From positions 8,963 to 72,962 of the forward strand of contig CACLAD010000002.1 in NCBI GenBank assembly GCA_902604715.1: 64,000 bases of DNA, written 5' to 3'. The position numbers and the translations under genes are program-made. The notes beneath the pieces are model-generated. The model was given only the letters and a program-made list of their open reading frames with translations. It did no database searches and had not been told where the DNA came from. Below are positions 18,446-29,200 of this stretch, in pieces (the stretch's first letter is position 1; each line of letters opens with the position of its first letter). Source of the DNA: an uncultured Bacteroidota bacterium. GTDB taxonomy: Bacteria > Bacteroidota > Bacteroidia > Flavobacteriales > Flavobacteriaceae.

Positions 18446-19145
18446 CTAAATTACTTATTCGTCTGATATTAGAATTAAAATTTCCTTTCCTTTTTTGCCT
18501 ATATTCAGTGAATAAAATTCTTATATCATCGTTCATTTTCTTCTTGATTTCTGAAACAATTATTGAATTGTACGAATATAAACCAAATGGGTCAATCTTA
18601 TTTTCAATTTGATTATTATCGCGATCATCAATTCTACCTCTTTGATTCCTTTGTTTATCGATTATGTATACTTCACTTGTATAATTTGAAGAATCTAATT
18701 CTTTTTGATTTCTTAAAGAACTGTAAATTTTATTTATTTCTTCTTCACTAGTTGTAGCAAAAAACCAATATTTTAATTCGTCGGATTTTAAAAGCTCTTT
18801 TTTTACACTCTCCAATGATTTTTCAGAGTTTAATGATGAAATAGAAATAATTTGAAATTTTTTAAAACCTTTGAATTTATCATAAACAAGTTCCTTTAAG
18901 TTTAATGCGCCTGTGATATTTTCCATTGGCTTATCACCTAAAAAATTTAAGATGGTAATATTTCCTTCAAAATTTGTTTTTCTATTATCAATAAAATTCA
19001 AAAAATCTATCTCTACTATATCTTCATTAACTATATCTAAAGCATTATAGTTATGAGTTGATGGATAAAGAAATAATAAAAAAATAACTGGTAATAAAAA
19101 AAGTATCCCCAGAATGATCCATTTTCTGTAAAAAGTATTAATCAC
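18429..19145 (-). CDS. Membrane-anchored SCO-like/thioredoxin-fold protein lacking the CxxxC site (hypothetical)
   Basis: 238 aa with an N-terminal TM. NITILNFLGDKPMENITGALNLKELVYDKFKGFKKFQIISIS aligns by eye with KVYIVEFFFTTCTTICPVMNTNLIHIQNSFTKFSDFGIASFS of the adjacent SCO. The later VYIIDKQRNQRGR aligns with YFALIDKQGFIRCR. Confidence 0.55.
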   Translation of the reverse strand: MINTFYRKWIILGILFLLPVIFLLFLYPSTHNYNALDIVNEDIVEIDFLNFIDNRKTNFEGNITILNFLGDKPMENITGALNLKELVYDKFKGFKKFQIISISSLNSEKSLESVKKELLKSDELKYWFFATTSEEEINKIYSSLRNQKELDSSNYTSEVYIIDKQRNQRGRIDDRDNNQIENKIDPFGLYSYNSIIVSEIKKKMNDDIRILFTEYRQKRKGNFNSNIRRISNLDGNDE

Positions 19146-19157
19146 AATCTAAGCTAA

Positions 19158-19547
19158 TTAAAAATCTGTTTTAATATAATTTGAGGTATCGTCAAACTCA
19201 TCAAAAATGTAGCCACCTTCTTGAATAAGAATAAAGGTAAGATAAAGAATAAGAAAAACTGACGTCCAAACTACTACTCTTCTAAGAATAGATGTTTCGT
19301 CACGCATGTGCATAAAATCCCAGGTTATATAATAGGCCTTGACAATAGTAAGAATAATGAAAACCCAATTTAAAAGTTTTAGATTTAGAAAATACTCATT
19401 TAAAGGAGCTGGTTTATAGATACCTAATACAACCTCTATAAGCGTAACTATAGACAATAGCAATAAAACACCTATTATCTTTTGAGTGTTAGATTTAAAT
19501 TTAATTAAACCTCTAAAAATTTCCAACTTGTGTGTGTGTTCAGCCAT
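19158..19547 (-). CDS. Cytochrome c oxidase subunit IV family protein
   Basis: 129 aa with 3 TM helices and a family-typical start, MAEHTHKLEIFRGLIKF. Sits 4 nt after subunit III. Confidence 0.8.
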   Translation of the reverse strand: MAEHTHKLEIFRGLIKFKSNTQKIIGVLLLLSIVTLIEVVLGIYKPAPLNEYFLNLKLLNWVFIILTIVKAYYITWDFMHMRDETSILRRVVVWTSVFLILYLTFILIQEGGYIFDEFDDTSNYIKTDF

Positions 19548-19551
19548 AATA

Positions 19552-20532
19552 TTATACTAAATAGAAAAACGTGAAAACAAAAACCCAAACTAAATCTACA
19601 AAATGCCAATAAAGACCTACTTTTTCTACCATTTCATAACTTTTTCTTTTCTCATAAGTTCCAATAATTACATTAAAGAAAATGATAATATTGAGGACTA
19701 TACCAGAAAAAACATGGAAACCGTGAAAACCTGTAATGAAGAAAAAGAAATTAGCAAACAAGGGAACTCCATACTCATTTTCAATTAGATTCGCGCCATT
19801 AACAACTGAAACCCCAGATGACTTCAAAATATTTAATGATTGTTCTCTTGAAAGAACTGTTTTATGACCATTCTCGTCTAAGGTTTGAGTTCTTATTACA
19901 ATATTGGGGGAGGCTTCCATACCGGCAATTACTTCTTCAACAGAAAATGATGGAAGGGCAGCCTCTTCTATGTACCATATGCCATTATACTCTTGATGCT
20001 GATCTCTCGAGGTTGAATACATAAAAGCAAAATCACTAACAGAAACCCTTTTTGAAGTTTCTGAATCTAAAAATTGTAATATATTTCCCCCTTTTGTTTT
20101 TACCGCTCCATAGTCACCCTTTATAAACGTAGCCCATTCCCATGCCTGGGAACCAACAAAGATTATACCTCCAATAATTGTTAAAAACATGTAAAAAGTT
20201 ACCTTAGCTTTATTCATTTTATGGCCAGCATCAACTGCTAAAACCATTGTAACAGATGACATAATTAACACAAATGTCATGAAGGCAACATATATCATTG
20301 GTAGCTCTTGGCCATGCATAAAAGGAACGTGAGTAAATACTTCATCTGCTATTGGCCAAGAATTTGCATATTTAAATCTAGCAAATCCATAGGAGACAAT
20401 AAAGCCTGAAAAAGTTAATGCATCCGAAACAATGAAAAACCACATCATCATTTTACCGTACGAAGCATCTAAAGGCTTATTACCGCCTTTCCAAACTTTA
20501 TTATTTGATGTTGTGTTTACAGTAGTTGCCAC
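19552..20532 (-). CDS. Cytochrome c oxidase subunit III (long form with a hydrophilic insertion)
   Basis: 326 aa. C-terminal YWHFVDLVWVFVF motif and FFFITGFHGFHV. About 115 hydrophilic residues (about 139-256) lie between TM helices. Confidence 0.85.
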   Translation of the reverse strand: MATTVNTTSNNKVWKGGNKPLDASYGKMMMWFFIVSDALTFSGFIVSYGFARFKYANSWPIADEVFTHVPFMHGQELPMIYVAFMTFVLIMSSVTMVLAVDAGHKMNKAKVTFYMFLTIIGGIIFVGSQAWEWATFIKGDYGAVKTKGGNILQFLDSETSKRVSVSDFAFMYSTSRDQHQEYNGIWYIEEAALPSFSVEEVIAGMEASPNIVIRTQTLDENGHKTVLSREQSLNILKSSGVSVVNGANLIENEYGVPLFANFFFFITGFHGFHVFSGIVLNIIIFFNVIIGTYEKRKSYEMVEKVGLYWHFVDLVWVFVFTFFYLV

Positions 20533-20551
20533 AATTCAATTTAGTGAAGTA

Positions 20552-20559
20552 CAAAAATA
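20552..20559 (-). promoter_or_regulatory. Possible internal -7 box (TATTTTTG on the minus strand) upstream of long coxIII
   Basis: Exact TAnnTTTG match in the 33-nt spacer, 20 nt upstream of ATG 20532. It could be a chance match in AT-rich DNA. Confidence 0.25.
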
Positions 20560-20565
20560 ATTATT

Positions 20566-21135
20566 TTAACCGAAGAAAACCAAAAATATAAAGAGGTAAA
20601 TCCATAAAATATCTACAAAATGCCAAAATATTGAAGCAAGATCAAAACCTGTTAAATTATTGTGACTATAAACACCCCTTAAGTTTTTAATAAATACAAC
20701 AATTAGAGCAATTAATGCAACAATTATATGCATAATGTGTACAAATGCAATTAGAAAAATAAATGAACTATTTATAGAGCTAGTAGGTCCTGTGAAATGA
20801 TAGCCATTAGCCATAATTTGATTAAAACCTAAGAGCTGAAAAACTATAAATAATATTCCAAGAAAAATTGTAATAAGTAGAAAAAGTGAAACCAGATTTT
20901 GTTTACTTTCTAGCAGAAATTTTCTAGATAATATCAATGTAATACTACTTATTATAATGAGAAATAAACCATAGTAAAAGGCTTCAGGTAAATTAAAATC
21001 TTCTACCCAATCATCTCTATTTTTACTTACTAGGAAAGCACTTGTTAATCCGGCAAATGTCATGATTAATGAGCCTATACCAAACCAAAGCATCATTTTT
21101 AAAGCTCTATTTTTTTTATTTTCTAATGAATCCAT
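20566..21135 (-). CDS. Heme-copper oxidase subunit III family protein (short form)
   Basis: 189 aa with about 5 TM helices and C-terminal IFWHFVDILWIYLF. Tandem with the long subunit III gene. Confidence 0.8.
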   Translation of the reverse strand: MDSLENKKNRALKMMLWFGIGSLIMTFAGLTSAFLVSKNRDDWVEDFNLPEAFYYGLFLIIISSITLILSRKFLLESKQNLVSLFLLITIFLGILFIVFQLLGFNQIMANGYHFTGPTSSINSSFIFLIAFVHIMHIIVALIALIVVFIKNLRGVYSHNNLTGFDLASIFWHFVDILWIYLFIFLVFFG

Positions 21136-21137
21136 GC

Positions 21138-22007
21138 TTAGAATATTTTATCAAATAAAAATGTGAGCTGTATTAAAGTTAGATATATCACACTTGTTAA
21201 CATTAATTTATTTGCATTTTCATTTTTACCATCCAGAAAAAGAGCATAGGACCTAAAAATTAAAAAAGCTCCTAGAATAATTATCGCAAAAACTCCAAAT
21301 ATACTCAACCTTAATTCACCTGTTATTCCAAAATAAGGAACAATAGAAATTAACACAGCCCAAACAGAATAAAACAAAATTTGTGCCGAGGTAGACTTGT
21401 CTTTTTTGCCTGTTGGTAACATTTTAAAACCAGCTTTTTCATAATCAATGCTTTGTGCCCAGCCAATTGACCAAAAGTGTGGAAATTGCCAAAAGAATTG
21501 CATCAAAAATAAAGTAATTGCCTCTATTCCAATATCATTTGTTGCTGCCACCCATCCGATCATAAATGGAAAAGCTCCCGGAATTGCTCCGATAAAAACA
21601 GCTAGTGGGCTTATCAATTTCATTGGGGTGTAAATAGTTGTGTAAATAAATATTGATAGAGCTGCAAGAACTGCGACTTTAATATTTATCATATACATAA
21701 ATATTATTCCAATTATAGACGAAGCAATTGCTAAAAATAAAGCAAGTTTTATAGTAATTTCATTTTTTGGTAAAGGACGATTTTGCGTCCTCTTCATAAG
21801 CTTATCCAAATCACTTTCTATTATTTGATTAAAAATATTCGAGGAGCTAACTATAAGAATCCCTCCACTAATTAAATAAAAGAGTTGAATGTAGTTTACT
21901 TCTGAAGCACCCAGAAAGTAACTTATGAATGAAGAAAAAACAACACTCAAAGTTAACCTAAACTTTGTAAGCTCTTTAATAATAGGTATTGATATATTAG
22001 TAGACAA
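21138..22007 (-). CDS. cyoE: Protoheme IX farnesyltransferase (heme O synthase)
   Basis: 289 aa polytopic UbiA-family protein. NQIIESDLDKLMKRTQNRPLP (Asp-rich motif) and FFWQFPHFWSIGW. TTG start, so the start is uncertain. Confidence 0.85.
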   Translation of the reverse strand: MSTNISIPIIKELTKFRLTLSVVFSSFISYFLGASEVNYIQLFYLISGGILIVSSSNIFNQIIESDLDKLMKRTQNRPLPKNEITIKLALFLAIASSIIGIIFMYMINIKVAVLAALSIFIYTTIYTPMKLISPLAVFIGAIPGAFPFMIGWVAATNDIGIEAITLFLMQFFWQFPHFWSIGWAQSIDYEKAGFKMLPTGKKDKSTSAQILFYSVWAVLISIVPYFGITGELRLSIFGVFAIIILGAFLIFRSYALFLDGKNENANKLMLTSVIYLTLIQLTFLFDKIF

Positions 22008-22027
22008 TCTTATTAATAAATTAAATG

Positions 22028-22035
22028 CAAATATA
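22028..22035 (-). promoter_or_regulatory. Bacteroidota -7 box (TATATTTG on the minus strand) for the cyoE/oxidase accessory operon
   Basis: Exact TAnnTTTG match 21 nt upstream of the 22007 start, in the 71-nt spacer after tonB. Confidence 0.45.
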
Positions 22036-22078
22036 AGGTTTATTAAACCCTAAATAGTTTAAAATCATTAAAAAGATA

Positions 22079-22789
22079 TTAGTCTTGGACTTGGAAAATT
22101 ATCGGAAGAGAATAAGGAACAATCACAGCTTTACCTCTTTGTTTACCTGGTTGCATTTTAGGCAATAAATTTATAACCCTTTGAGCCTCTTTTTCTAACC
22201 TAGGATGGGGAGCTCTTGCTCTAACACCAGTAACATTTCCGCCTTTATCAATTTTAAAAATTACACTAATCCTTTGTCTTCCGGTTAAACCTAAATCACC
22301 AGCTAAGTCAGTGTTAAATTTTCTTTGGACAAATTTTGCAATTTTATCAGACATGCATTTTCTTTTCTTTTCATTATTTCCTCTTTCACATCCAGGGAAG
22401 ACAGGTACATTTTCAATAACAGCAAAAGGAACCTCAACATCTTCTTCAAACTCCTCTATCTCTATATCTTCAATTTCTAGTTCTTCATCGGATTCTGTTG
22501 ACTCAATTATAGTTTCTTCAACCTCTTCCTCGTCCTCAACAATTTCGATTACCTCTGGAGCTGGTGGAGGCGGTGGCGGCGGCGGCGGCGGCTTTACCTG
22601 TTCAGTAATTGGAACCTCTTCCTCATCTAACGCATCCATGTTAACTCTATCAATTCCGGTAGCATCTTTGTCATATACTTTATAGTTTATGGTTCCATAT
22701 GACATAAACATCATAAGGGCAAGGCCTAGTGCGAAGTAAATAGAACTGTTTCTACCTATATCTGCTTTTGGATTTTTTTTATTCTGCAT
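22079..22789 (-). CDS. tonB: Energy transducer TonB
   Basis: N-terminal TM, a poly-Pro run and an acidic E/D-rich linker. The C-terminal TonB domain carries VPVFPGCE...ISVIFKIDKGGNV...AVIVPYSLPIIFQ. Confidence 0.85.
   Translation of the reverse strand: MQNKKNPKADIGRNSSIYFALGLALMMFMSYGTINYKVYDKDATGIDRVNMDALDEEEVPITEQVKPPPPPPPPPPAPEVIEIVEDEEEVEETIIESTESDEELEIEDIEIEEFEEDVEVPFAVIENVPVFPGCERGNNEKKRKCMSDKIAKFVQRKFNTDLAGDLGLTGRQRISVIFKIDKGGNVTGVRARAPHPRLEKEAQRVINLLPKMQPGKQRGKAVIVPYSLPIIFQVQD
22562..22592. repeat. GC-only trinucleotide tract (GGN x10, including five consecutive CGG/GGC units) encoding the TonB poly-proline run
   Basis: TGGTGGAGGCGGTGGCGGCGGCGGCGGCGGC read directly. A conspicuous GC island in AT-rich DNA. 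Confidence 0.9.
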
Positions 22790-22868
22790 AGAAGTTTATA
22801 GTTAGGCTAAAATAACCAATAATTTGTAATAAAAACAAGTTTTTTATTGTTTCAATATTTTGATTTTA

Positions 22869-23249
22869 CTATTCCCCAATTAGGTCTTTATACTGGTCAG
22901 AGTCTAATAAGTCGCTGAGATCATCAGGATTATTAACTTTTAATTTTATCATCCAGCCTTTTAAGTATGGATCAGAATTAACATCCTCAGGGGTATCTTC
23001 GAGGGAATCGTTAAATTCAATAATTTCACCTGAAACGGGTAAAAATAAATCTGAGACTGTTTTGACAGCTTCAACAGTTCCAAAAACAGCATCTGCGTCT
23101 AAATTTTCCCCCACTGTTTCAACCTCAACATATACTATGTCACCTAGTTCTCTTTGTGCAAAATCCGTAATTCCAACAGTGGCTATTTCACCATCAATTG
23201 ATATCCACTCATGATCTTTTGTGTATTTTAATTCATTTGGTATGTTCAT
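22869..23249 (-). CDS. gcvH: Glycine cleavage system protein H
   Basis: 126 aa. YTKDHEWI and the lipoyl-lysine context [11 protein letters not shown]. Confidence 0.93.
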   Translation of the reverse strand: MNIPNELKYTKDHEWISIDGEIATVGITDFAQRELGDIVYVEVETVGENLDADAVFGTVEAVKTVSDLFLPVSGEIIEFNDSLEDTPEDVNSDPYLKGWMIKLKVNNPDDLSDLLDSDQYKDLIGE

Positions 23250-23261
23250 TTTTACAATTAT

Positions 23262-26200
23262 TTAATTTCCAAAATTATATCTCATGGTAAACCCTGCTCT
23301 TATCGTGGTCTGAGGAAATGCTGTTGAAATTGCATATTCAGAAAACGAATAATCAAAGTAAAAAATACCCGTTAAATTTTGACTAAAAGCATAATCCGCT
23401 GAGTACTTTAAATTTAATATTGTTTGCCCAGAAGTTACCTGATTATTGTCTAAGTCCAAATATCGAACAATTGTTTTATTATTCCTAACAGAAAAATCAG
23501 CTTTCATATTTAAATCACTCTTAATTAACTGTCTTGAACCACCTAATCTTGATCTAATCTGAAGATCTTTCACCCTGTAACCTAAACCTAGAATATATTC
23601 ATATCCTTGAATTTCGGTTAGAAGATTATTGTCAAAGCTAAGTGAAAGCAATCTATCTTTTCTGATTTCAGTCTGTAACTTTAATGAATTTTTCATTTCT
23701 ACATCTATTTTAATGAGTGGGCTAAATTGCTCCATTAAATTTATATTACTAAATAGAGTTTTATTTTTATAATTATCAGACTGATCAAAAACATCACTAT
23801 TTTGAAGTGAATAATCAAGATTAAAATCTGGCTGGACATAGTCAAGATTTGACCTAAACTGATTGATAGTATACATGGAATTATAGCCATGAGATATTGA
23901 AAATCTTTTAAAGTTTTTTCTAAACCAATCCATTTTCATGAAGCCAGAGTATTTAACACTCCAATTTGGTATAGGAATATCTCTAAAGGCTCCTAAGCTA
24001 ACCTTATTTGCATCAACTCCAGAATAAGCCGAAAGGAATGAGGGTAACAGAACCAATTGACTGGTTCTTCCAAAACCAAGTGGAAAGCCGTTTAAATCTC
24101 CATTTTCAAAATTATTGGGGTTTGTAAAATCTACTCCTTCTCTAGCAGCTAATCTTCTTGCAATTATTAATCTGTTAGATTTGAAGGTTTCAAAAACATC
24201 AGAACTGAATTCGTCACTTTTTGAAAAAGCTGTTTTTATCAATAGCGTTGAAATGTTAAAGTTTCCTACAGAGTTTTGAATAAATGGATTATAAACATCA
24301 CTAAACCCGTCATTGTCGTTGTCGATAGTATTAAATGACTCAGCCAAGTTTTCAGCATATGTTCTTCCACCAGTCAAATCAATTTTCAAATCATTAATAG
24401 GAACTAAATTTGCAGAAAACGTAAGATTAGTATTTGTTGTACTTGAAAATTGCTGATTAAAATCAGGGAAAACGGTAAGCCACCCATTACGAGCTGCTAA
24501 ATATCTTATGTCTTTTTGACTACCAAAAACATATCCAAATGTTGGTGTAAATGAGCCAATAAATCCTGGTGTATCCAAAAATCCAGGTAAATAGGAACCG
24601 TTATTCTCGGAATAATTAATTTGAATTCTTTTAACAGTGGTAATTAGATCAATAAAGGTTTTCAAAATAGGATTGGTTTTTTTTGCACTGTTATTTTGAG
24701 CAAACCCTCTTACGGCTTTTGTGTCTGTACCTCTGTTAAATTTAGTCAATCCTAAATATCTATATAATTTCTGCATGTCTAGTACAGAGTTGATGTTGTG
24801 AGTATTTGCATTTGAAATAGAATTACCTAAATCATAAGTCTGTCCATTAAGCGTAAGGTTTCCAAATAAATCAGATCCTTTTTGCCATTGAAAATCACCA
24901 GTGTAGGAGTAACTGGTTTTTATAAAATTAAAAGTTGGTATTTTATTCAAGGGTAAATCATAATTGATTGCAACTTGCTGGACCTGTCTATTTGGGTCTC
25001 CAATATCAAAGAACCTATCCCAGACATCTAGCTCTGGATCTTGCATACCATTTATTTGATTATCTATAAAATAATTTCTTACAATATTATTGTTTCCCAA
25101 ATTGTAGTTTAATGTTAAATTCTCTGAAATTGGATAATTTATCGCCAACTGAAAATCAAATGAATAATTTCTTCTGAATAATTCCTGAATACCGATATTA
25201 TCTTGGGTTAAGTCTATTTCTCTAAATTTCTGTTTATTAAACTGTCTAATATAATCAGTGTTAATACTAATGCTTGACGGTAATAAGTTAATATTAAAAT
25301 CTTTTAGAATTTTTAAATATTTGCTATTAAAAATAGAATCATTTTTCTTGAGAGGTTCCAATTTTATAGTATTAAAATTGAAGTTATAATTTACACCTGC
25401 TCTAACATTCTGATCAAGCATATTCTCAATTTCATAATCTCTGTGGTTGACCTCATTATATGCATAATTAAAGGTTAGATTCTCTACATCATAAAACCTT
25501 GGAGTTTTTTCATCATTCGTCCTTTGTTTATTTACACCAATTAAGTTTAGGCTTTTTCTTTTGGTGTAGTCCTCTGACTGTCTTAAAATTGCATCTTTAT
25601 CTTGCTGAGATTCAGCCTGATCAATTCTAGATGAAAGTGTAATATCTCTGTATTGTTGATCAAACTCTGGGGTTATATACTCCTCACCTTGACCATAATT
25701 TAAAGGAATATTCAATCCCCATGTTTCTGGAAATAACTGACCAACATTAATATTTGAAATTATATCGTATTGTTTTTTATCTATTTTATCTCTTTCACTT
25801 GGCCCCTGTTCAATATTTCCAAATCCACTAGTACTTTGTCTAGCTGTAGCAGAAATATTCAAAAAATCTGCCACATTTGTATCAACAGCTAGTGTTGCAG
25901 CCCATCCACCTTCATTATCCATATCAGACAATCTCAACTCGTTAAACCAAACCTCAGCACAAACATCCATATTGTCCTGGCTTGGATTTTTTATTCCAAT
26001 CATCAAAGTTCTTATATCACCAAAATTGGGATTACCTTTTATTGAAATTCTTTGCTCTCCGACATCAAGCGGTGAAAATTCATTTACAAATTCTTCGTTA
26101 ACATCATCATTAACAACATCATAAAAAATTGGCTGGTCAGAGCCCAAAGTCCCATTGAGTATTGAAAGGGATTTTATTGTTTCTAAAGCACTTATTGGTA

Positions 26201-29200
26201 AATCAATTTCGTTTATTACAGGCCAAACTGATTGAGCATTTAATGAACCCGATGGAGACTCTTGTAATGGTATCTCAATTTGATAATAGTTTTCTGAAAG
26301 ATCATTTCCTAATCTGACAAATCCAATAATATCTCCGTCTGTAAAACCTGGGGATGCCCCATCCTCGGCATGCATGAACATTCTAAGCCTATTAAATTGT
26401 CTCATGTCAACACTAATATTTTTATATACACCCCTTGAATCTTCAGGTTCTAATTCACAAACATTTAAAACTAGGGACTGTTCATTCTGTCTTACAATGG
26501 TATTATTATTATTAAATTGTTCTCTTTCAACTCCAGGCGGTGAAACATAACTTTCTTCATTTTCTTGAATTCCAATGATTCCAACCGAAAAATCGGTTGT
26601 ATCATTATTATTATCAATTTCTTCATCTAGACTTAGTTGATATTTTCTCCAATCACTTCTTACAAGCTCTAAGGTTCCAAATCTGAAAATGGTATTCTGA
26701 GTAAACTCAGTCAAATACATTCTCATAAATCTTATTGATCTAAAATCTGATATTCCCCCTATAGACCCTGTTGGTTCGTTTACAGGAATTCTAAATTGAT
26801 ACCATCTTACAAGTTCAGAAGAACCGTTGGGTAAATTCACATTTTTTTCTTTTCTGTCGATTATGTATGGGTTATTTAAGTTTGATAAAGAATTTGGAGA
26901 TATTTCTAGTTCATACTCAAAATAGCTATCAATAGTATTCATTGTATTATCTCTATTAATATCTTCAACATCTGGGTAAGTTGATGATCCTCTGTCATTA
27001 TTAGAAATCGTTTCTGGTGAATTACCATCTAGTCCATTATAATCCATATATCTTTCAAAAATACTCCCAGACTTATTAAGAAAGTAATTATAATTATCGT
27101 TTGCAGGATCAGACAAGTCTGAAAAGGCAGTAAAAATCACTGCCTCTTCACTATCATCATATCCATCAATCCCAACATCTTGATTTATTCTTGCATCGCC
27201 CACTGATGAAAAAGCATAAACTAAGGATTGATTTTGAGGAACAACTGTTCCCCAAGAAGTTGTAGGAAGAAGGCTAATATCCCCATCCTCAGGCAAACCA
27301 TTTTCATATTGCTTTCTTCCATCTTTAATAATATCCTCTGAAATGTTCCCTAAATTAAAAGTAAGTTTACCTCCGGTATTATCATCATCTTCTAAAAAAG
27401 GATCCATTAACCAAAATTCTAAATATTCAACATTAGATTGTTCAAAATCAGTAGTATTTATTAATCTTGTTATTCCTGCCCAAGAATCATTAACATCATC
27501 TATAATTCCATCAGAAACTGATGGATCCATGTTGTAAGGACCACGTAAATTTGGATAGTAGTTTAAATCTAATGAATTTATTACTGTTGTTTGACCCTGA
27601 ACTAAATCGATTTGTGGGAAAATTTCGTCTATAAAAATTCTTCTTGAATATAAATTTGATAAATCTTCATTTGAAATTTCTGCTGGTCTCTGGCTGCTGT
27701 AAAAAATTGGATCAATTGAATACCAATTTAGCAATGCTCTGTCGAAACCATTTTGAATTCCGTTATTATCTTCATCTCCTTCAAAATATATATTTCCTAA
27801 ATCTTTTGGACGACTTGAAATAGACCACGATTGTGGAGTAAGTAAATCTATAACATTTTGAGTGCCTTCAAAATCATCTATATAAGATGTAGCCTCACCA
27901 TTAAAACTATTTCCCTTAGGAGCACCAGGTAATAAATATGCAAATTCACCCCTTAGTGAAAAATTTGAAGGAACGTCAGTTTCAATATTTGGCAGCTTAT
28001 TAATTAGCCTTGTGAGTAAAGGAATTTCTCTAGAGAAATTACCATCAAATCCAACCATTGTGTTATTTATAGGTTCTGTGCCAAAATTTGCCTTTTGGGT
28101 AAGAGGTCTTTCATGTAAATTTAATAGGGTTCCCGAAACAATAAAATCATCACTAAATTGATGTTCTACATTAATTCCTGAAAATCTTTTAGTCTGTTGA
28201 CCAAATAATGCATTATTTTCAACACTTACATTTATTGGTATATTTGAAGCTTGTAGTCCAGCATCTAAAATTTGTACTGTTCCCAATTGATAATTTACGG
28301 TGTAATCAACCCCTTCAACAAGAACTCTTCCACCAGCAGTAACAGTTACAGATCCACGTGGCACATTATATGCTCCTATCGGAATTCCTCCTCCCGAAGA
28401 TGATTTATACTTCCCCTTAGCTAAAAACTTGTTTTTTTCAGCAACTTGTTCAGCCGCTGTTTTTGTTGAATTGTAAAGCGTATGATAAACATATTTTTTT
28501 TGATTTGGATTATAATCATCTAAACTGTTTTGATCACCATTATAATCCTCTGAAAAATCTAGTCTTAAAGATTCAAATAAGAATTCTCCAAAGGGCTCAA
28601 CTTTGGTAAAAATAATTTTACCTGTTTGCTGAACAACCGTTATTTCAGGAACAAAGTCAAAGAAACCATCTCCACTTATTTGTGGATCATTGTTATAATT
28701 TAAACGATCAAAATTAAAGAAACTTAGTAATGGTTGTTCATCAATGGGGGGGCTTCCAGTTGATGTTGGGAATGGTGTTCCCTCAACTGGTGTTATATAA
28801 TTTAATTCTGAGGATTCCTTGTAGAAAATATTTAATTTAAAATCCTCTCTTTCTAGTTGAAATGCACCAGTATTATAAATATTCTTCATCATTAAATCCC
28901 AAATTGGCTCATCAACATTTGTAACCGTGCTTTTCAATAATTTTAAAATAAGATTATTAGAGTTTACAACTTGATTGTCATTTTCAAAAGAAACTTCTGT
29001 TGCTTGAACTCCATCATTAGCAAATTCTCCTACTTGAAAAACTTGGTCTCCAACAGTGTATTGAAATGCAACGGCAAGAATCTCATCATTATCTAACTTT
29101 TGTGTTAATGAGATATATCCAAGCTGAGGATGAATTTGGTAATCAATATTTTCTCTGAGTTTTTGAGCGTTTTCTAATTTACCATAATCTATTCCTTCAC

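Noticed and set aside
22008-22078. GGTTTATTAAACC mini-hairpin after tonB, considered as a terminator.
   Set aside because: Only a 5-bp stem with a 3-nt loop. It overlaps the better-supported -7 box region for cyoE.
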